The notes below the pieces were generated by a model that saw only the letters and a program-made list of their open reading frames with translations, searched no databases and was not told where the DNA came from. The position numbers and the translations under genes were made by a program. From IMG/VR virus record IMGVR_UViG_3300049218_000083, positions 5,861 to 69,860 of that record: a stretch of DNA of 64,000 bases. One strand, 5' to 3'. Positions 60,201 to 64,000 of the stretch are shown piece after piece. This stretch comes from a virus. The number at the start of each line of letters is the position of its first letter. Within the stretch, counting starts at the first letter, position 1.

Positions 60201-61036
60201 GTACCAAGGACCGGATAATCGATCTGGCTGACGATCAAACCGTTGTCGATGGTGACAAGGTTGTAGAACTGACTGGTGTCTGTAGAGCTGAAGTCGCGGT
60301 AAGCCAATACAAGGTCGTATTGGTAGCGGTCGGCACCTGGCGCTTGGTAATTGAAAGATCCCTGTGCAGGGTCTAGCAAGGTCGTGTCACTCGTTGCGCT
60401 TACGATAGACTGCTGGATCTGCAAACCAACATAGCAGCTTGGAGTTGCCGTGTTTGAAGAAATCAGAATAGTCTGTGGTTCGATCGTTACGAAGTAACCA
60501 CCACTGTAGAAGATTCCATAGTTGATGGAAGCAACGGATGCTGGGCTTGATGCACCAGACGCGATCAACTGAGCCTGAGACTGAACACCTGTAGCAACCT
60601 GTATGGTTGAACCGTCAGCGAATGTTGTGCCAGTCAGATACTTGACAATGATGACTGGATTGACTTGCGTGTTGTCAATAGCGACAACATATGCCTTGAC
60701 GGTTGTTGCGCCAGAAGCATTGATAATCAACGTGTTTTCGCCGTTGACGAAGAAGTCGGAAAGGTTGATGTCAGTGTTTGAGAACTGCTGCTGTAGCTGA
60801 ATTGCTTGAACAGTGCCGTCGAATGAAATGTGGCCGCCAGTTACCGGAGACCCATCTGCCAATACGAACTCACCGACCTGAGAAACCTGATTCTGCAGAA
60901 TAGACTGAAGGATTGACAATTCACGTGCTTGGACTGCATATCCTGGCTTGAACAACACCTGCATGTAATTGTTATCAATTTCATACGTGTCATCAATGTA
61001 ATATGGAGCAACGTTCAGTGCAATTTTATTGGACAT
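57272..61036 (-). CDS. Large baseplate/virion protein (N-terminal DUF4815/VrlC-like)
   Basis: PYY.D, VLFKPG.AVQAREL..LQSILQNQ, APGADR, LRDSIDFRP, RYTMKDI..L..RI..LEYY..LS.LE. Confidence 0.8.
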   Translation of the reverse strand: MSNKIALNVAPYYIDDTYEIDNNYMQVLFKPGYAVQARELSILQSILQNQVSQVGEFVLADGSPVTGGHISFDGTVQAIQLQQQFSNTDINLSDFFVNGENTLIINASGATTVKAYVVAIDNTQVNPVIIVKYLTGTTFADGSTIQVATGVQSQAQLIASGASSPASVASINYGIFYSGGYFVTIEPQTILISSNTATPSCYVGLQIQQSIVSATSDTTLLDPAQGSFNYQAPGADRYQYDLVLAYRDFSSTDTSQFYNLVTIDNGLIVSQIDYPVLGTINATLAQRTYDTNGDFTVRPFIATADINSANANQYTLVISPGEAFVKGYEYNTVGTTRLPSDKALSTNTITDYSFSTEFGNILTVTNLHPGNTTGSFNIAAFQNVDLHLVSSGTINNATGAAYAATKIGTGQIRDIEYLGLGDYYAYVLNMNITPNTLTAVSGTTISANLGAPYIGIAANAYANVLATITTGPFIDNRVIVSYNSATGVATFNNQLSTAANSTSVISLQYGIKDLETLVVSPSTTGNTYATQGTGTTPYNACMDIALAGKDATGNTQLVDTNFNTLLFQLPQSPIAQGTIANATFTTRSSYYGASFSNSNFTLSLTGSQIFPFGFSSQFLTDIGANANFIVQVTNSLSSNLSNGEILVMDRNFHGGTSGNGVYQVSPTEVVIYSSASSAFVADIYYTNKQNNATSVVRSKTLCGNSSNVVLASTDSYLNGNFVVGLTGSNTNNVYIDIANGYVWYVDTAKAAVAKTPGASQSLYLPDVFNIIKVYDSGNVNYAPNATNAIDITSNYYLNSGQNDNYYDFASLTLKAGCSGPTGQTVVMLQYFQHATANGFFDVDSYSSSVYSAGLIPYYNSPSKGTFSLRDSIDFRPTRANALSTSVASLSLFGLELPQPDNTMVLSYQFYLPRVDKLMLNKNGQFVVVEGVPSQFPAAPADSSDAMTLYIVSVPAYTANVEQIGLQYVENKRYTMKDIASLDSRISQLEYYSALSQLESQAAAETLTYQDGVTPKPQYGIIADDFGDFSYVDNLSTDLTCYLQQGTMSPFKIQTPLGLNLISNTAAINEGDKTYSLPYTEVPAVVQNAATTAISVQPFLFAQFTGTMKLTPETDYWFSPTLTPQIIQPPTASPALPPLPKPVTAPALKPAANVAPPSAPVVVSTYIDVLDFWHYPFDYWYNGYRGYHYVQVRVSAGSYGVISPITNWYGVPVASVAAASVAPLNNAQLGSSIQLASGATVKNSTTISPTSVKVL

Positions 61037-61622
61037 TTATCAGTTCTCTACAGTTGTCAAAGTGCCAGCGTTTCATATTTCTAGCAGGTCCGATCTTATT
61101 ACATTGTGGACACGTGAGCTTTGGAGTTGTATATCCACGCCAGTAACCGACTGGTGGACTTAATGTCTCCAGTTGATAAACATTATTTAGTCCGTCAGTG
61201 TAATACACACAAAATGATTTGCCTGTACGCCATTCACTTTGCTTCTTTCTTGTTTCTGCAGTATAAGAATGAGGACGTTTTCCTTTCTTATTAATGCTTA
61301 TTTTCTTTCTAGTTTCTTCCGATGGAACCCAACCCAACATTGATAGTGGAATACATCCACCAGGTGTCAAATTGTAATTCCAATCATGTTTAATGAATTC
61401 TTCTGTTACGATCTCAGCTTCTTTTGCATATGCTTGTTCAATATACCAATATGCAAACAACGTCTCACGTTTGAAAGATTCTGTACCATATTTCTTTATG
61501 GCTCGAGAAATATGTTTTCCTGAACCCAAATAACCATCAAATTCGTATGGATTTTCCTGTTAATGTACACCTATGTAGATTTGATTTGTGACCAAATTTG
61601 TTATGATATAGACGATGAACAT
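61026..61622 (-). pseudogene. GIY-YIG (Seg-like) homing endonuclease with premature stop
   Basis: ATG 61622 gives MFIVYIITNLVTNQIYIGVH*QENPYEFDGYLGSG; in-frame TAA at 61560-61562; NUMOD3 and CPQC..WHFDNC tail. Confidence 0.85.
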
Positions 61623-63295
61623 CAGAATGAAAAAATTAAGCGCACTTCTTCCACTTGAAGAGGGAATCGCTGGATTGGTGCAACATTCTCAACATACAAA
61701 TCCACTCCACTAAAAGTTTGAACCTCTGGTTCAGTTAACGTGAATGCTGTAGTTGTTATGTATGGTGTTGTGTTAGTAGGTGCACCAAACGATGTTCCAC
61801 TGATTGGTGATTGTGGAATAAACGACGCACTCCCACCGATGTTATTCAGGTGTAATTCTTGGGTTGTGGCGTTGTACCATACAACAGTGCCGTAGAAGGC
61901 TGCGTTGGCCAAGATACCTGTCTGAGGATTCTGGTAAGCGATGTCACCCATCTGGAAGATGTTAGCTGACACATTGCCGGCAACCTGTATGACTGTGGTC
62001 ATATCGAAGTTGGTGTTGGTTGCGACGTTTCCAGAACCTTCGAGAAGAGGATTAAGAATCAATGACAGCTGGCGATACTTGAAGAACTCACCGGCTGCGT
62101 CTTCTGTTGGGATCGTACCGTTCTCTGTATCAGAAAGAGTGGTGCTGATCATCAAGGTTGTGGCACCGAGCTCGAGAGCAGCATTTGAACCCCAACCACC
62201 ACGTGGGCCAATCTTAATTGCGAACACAGCACCGGAACCGTTTGCTCCAGTGTTTGCTGTCAAGGTTGCAGCAGTGTATTCTTCACCGCCACTCAGGACG
62301 TTGATAGCAGTAATGGTTCCGTTTGCGTCGACCTGGGCAGAAACGTTAGCACCTGAACCATCGCCTGTTAGTACAAGGATTGGAGCGTTACATGCGGCAA
62401 CGTTTGCGTTGTATCCACGACCACCTGCAAGAATATCAATTACATCAAGGCGACCATCGGTTGCTGATGCTGTAACCAACGCGTCGGTTCCGACTGGCAT
62501 CCAGGTTGGTGTAAGGAACAGCTTCTTCTGACCTGCTGACATCGTGTACAGGTACTTCCATTTGTAGCCATCGTCCGTGATTACATATGGATTGGATGGA
62601 ATAGATCCACCGACAGAAATCAAAGGCATGGAGTTAGAAACAGTGCCGTTGTTGTTATCCAAGCACACGAAAACCTGATCATACACATTACGAACATAGA
62701 AGTTCTTTGCGTAGTTTGGAAACGTGTTTGCCCAATTCTCTATGCTGCTGTTCACGTACGTGCCGCTGACATTGGAGTTGACAGTCATGTAACGTGAGTT
62801 AGCAATGCTGATGACTTCTTTCTGTACTGGGTATGTGTAGATTCCATCACCAGTGATGTTGATAATGTCACCGATCTGGTAATCTTCGTTGAAAGTGGTG
62901 AGATTCGTTCCAAGGATGATGTTTGAATTTTGAACATTCACGGTGCCGTTTGCTGAGCTCACCTGGACGTAAGTGTACATGTTGTTGCCGTTAGCGAAGG
63001 CATCGTAAACATACGTGTTATTCGCCCAATCAGAACGCTGAACGACCAATGATGCGCTGGCAACAGAAAGCTTCTTCAAAGCAACCAAGTCACGATGAAC
63101 CTGGTTAAGATAGTCGATAGTTTCCTGTGGCTGAGGAATGACCTGGTCATTGTTGGCCCAGATGTAGCCGTGGCCGATACCCAAGTAGACGCTATCACCA
63201 GTTGCACCACCAAGCTGGTTGATTGTGTCCTGCGCCATCTTGACGCGACCTTCAACGGTTTGGAGGATCAATGGTTGGTTAAGTGGAGTTGGCAT
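61622..63295 (-). CDS. gp8: Baseplate wedge subunit gp8-like
   Basis: NFYV.N...VF.CLDN, DGYKWKYLYT, F.T..WMPV, LYVEN..PI.R...Q.EE.RL. Confidence 0.85.
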   Translation of the reverse strand: MPTPLNQPLILQTVEGRVKMAQDTINQLGGATGDSVYLGIGHGYIWANNDQVIPQPQETIDYLNQVHRDLVALKKLSVASASLVVQRSDWANNTYVYDAFANGNNMYTYVQVSSANGTVNVQNSNIILGTNLTTFNEDYQIGDIINITGDGIYTYPVQKEVISIANSRYMTVNSNVSGTYVNSSIENWANTFPNYAKNFYVRNVYDQVFVCLDNNNGTVSNSMPLISVGGSIPSNPYVITDDGYKWKYLYTMSAGQKKLFLTPTWMPVGTDALVTASATDGRLDVIDILAGGRGYNANVAACNAPILVLTGDGSGANVSAQVDANGTITAINVLSGGEEYTAATLTANTGANGSGAVFAIKIGPRGGWGSNAALELGATTLMISTTLSDTENGTIPTEDAAGEFFKYRQLSLILNPLLEGSGNVATNTNFDMTTVIQVAGNVSANIFQMGDIAYQNPQTGILANAAFYGTVVWYNATTQELHLNNIGGSASFIPQSPISGTSFGAPTNTTPYITTTAFTLTEPEVQTFSGVDLYVENVAPIQRFPLQVEEVRLIFSF

Positions 63296-63315
63296 TACAG
63301 ATTCCTATTGTCCAA

Positions 63316-63323
63316 TATTTAGC
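63316..63323 (-). promoter_or_regulatory. Late promoter (GCTAAATA)
   Basis: 21 nt upstream of gp8 start. Confidence 0.65.
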
Positions 63324-64000
63324 GACGTGCACCGGACACGATTTGGTAGCTTGCAGCCACGATGTCTGGCTGTACACCCATTACCATGTTGGCACAGTTA
63401 TGAGCAAACACAGTGTTCACAGTAAGGTTGTTAGATCCTACACCGAGAACAAGAGAATATGTCAGAGTGTTTGCTACATTCAAAAGCACAACGTCATTGA
63501 CGGCAATGTTACCAATGAAGTCAGTTCCAACAGACACGATGACGTTGGAAGTGTTGGTAACACTAACCAAGTTGTCATAAGTGAACATGGTGTTTGATTC
63601 CAGATTCAATGACGTGTTGCTTCCGACTGCTGTGATGAGCTTGCTCTGAAGACGGCGAGTTGTGTCAGAAGTGTTGAAAATGATCATGTCACCAACATTT
63701 ACACCTTCAGACAAGAACGTGGTTCCGGATGCTGTAAGGTTGGCTGTGTAAACGTTTGGTGTAACAGTTCCAGTCAATGGGCTGATGTATGACACATTGC
63801 TTGACGGTGCTGGGTATGCTGACGCGACGGCTGGAACAACATAGATACCAAGCATAGACATACCAGCTGGATGAGCGATCTTCATCAACACACTCTTGTA
63901 ATCTGCTAGAGCCTTCTCGACGATGATCTGGTAGCTGTAATTGTGATATGTGTTTGCGTCCTGCAAGTACTGATCTGCACTTAGGAAGCCATCCGTGTTC
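63319..64000 (-). CDS. gp7: Baseplate wedge gp7-like, C-terminal part (start outside window)
   Basis: GFLS..QYLQD..YHNYSY.I......Y...L....HPAG. Confidence 0.75.
   Translation of the reverse strand, partial: NTDGFLSADQYLQDANTYHNYSYQIIVEKALADYKSVLMKIAHPAGMSMLGIYVVPAVASAYPAPSSNVSYISPLTGTVTPNVYTANLTASGTTFLSEGVNVGDMIIFNTSDTTRRLQSKLITAVGSNTSLNLESNTMFTYDNLVSVTNTSNVIVSVGTDFIGNIAVNDVVLLNVANTLTYSLVLGVGSNNLTVNTVFAHNCANMVMGVQPDIVAASYQIVSGARR

Noticed and set aside
61560-61562. Stop-codon reassignment suggested by the in-frame TAA in the GIY-YIG gene
   Set aside because: TAA ends most core genes here and conserved genes are intact under code 11; a single nonsense mutation is simpler.

Overview
A 64-kb segment of a large T4-like (Tevenvirinae-related) myophage genome, almost all on the minus strand. 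In transcription order it holds baseplate genes (gp7 C-terminus, gp8, a split DUF4815/VrlC-like pair) and a spanin-like gene. Next come two collagen-containing, S74-chaperoned fibre genes, each followed by a Gly-rich partner, a 2OG-Fe(II) oxygenase and a glycosyltransferase-like gene. Then follow neck gp13/gp14, gp15 and terminase gp16/gp17. A ~23.6-kb island of small early/accessory genes separates gp17 from gp18. After it lie sheath gp18, tube gp19 (apparent ATT start), portal gp20, a set of His/Lys-rich prohead-core/internal proteins, protease gp21 and scaffold gp22. Late promoters read N(C/A)TAAATA, and several early promoters share a CGATA-N6-TATCG-like box. Several homing-endonuclease genes are present, most of them decayed, plus one antisense tRNA-Ile(GAT) with a 24-nt D-loop. 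The best candidates for undescribed systems are: (1) an array of mini-proteins built from fragments of the major capsid protein gp23 and carrying acidic D/E-F motifs (28.7-31.7 kb; possible capsid decoys); (2) capsid-packaged polyproteins studded with gp21 cleavage motifs (1.6-6.5 kb); (3) duplicated collagen-fibre + hydroxylase + glycosyltransferase cassettes (42-53.6 kb). All family calls come from motif recognition by eye, not database searches.
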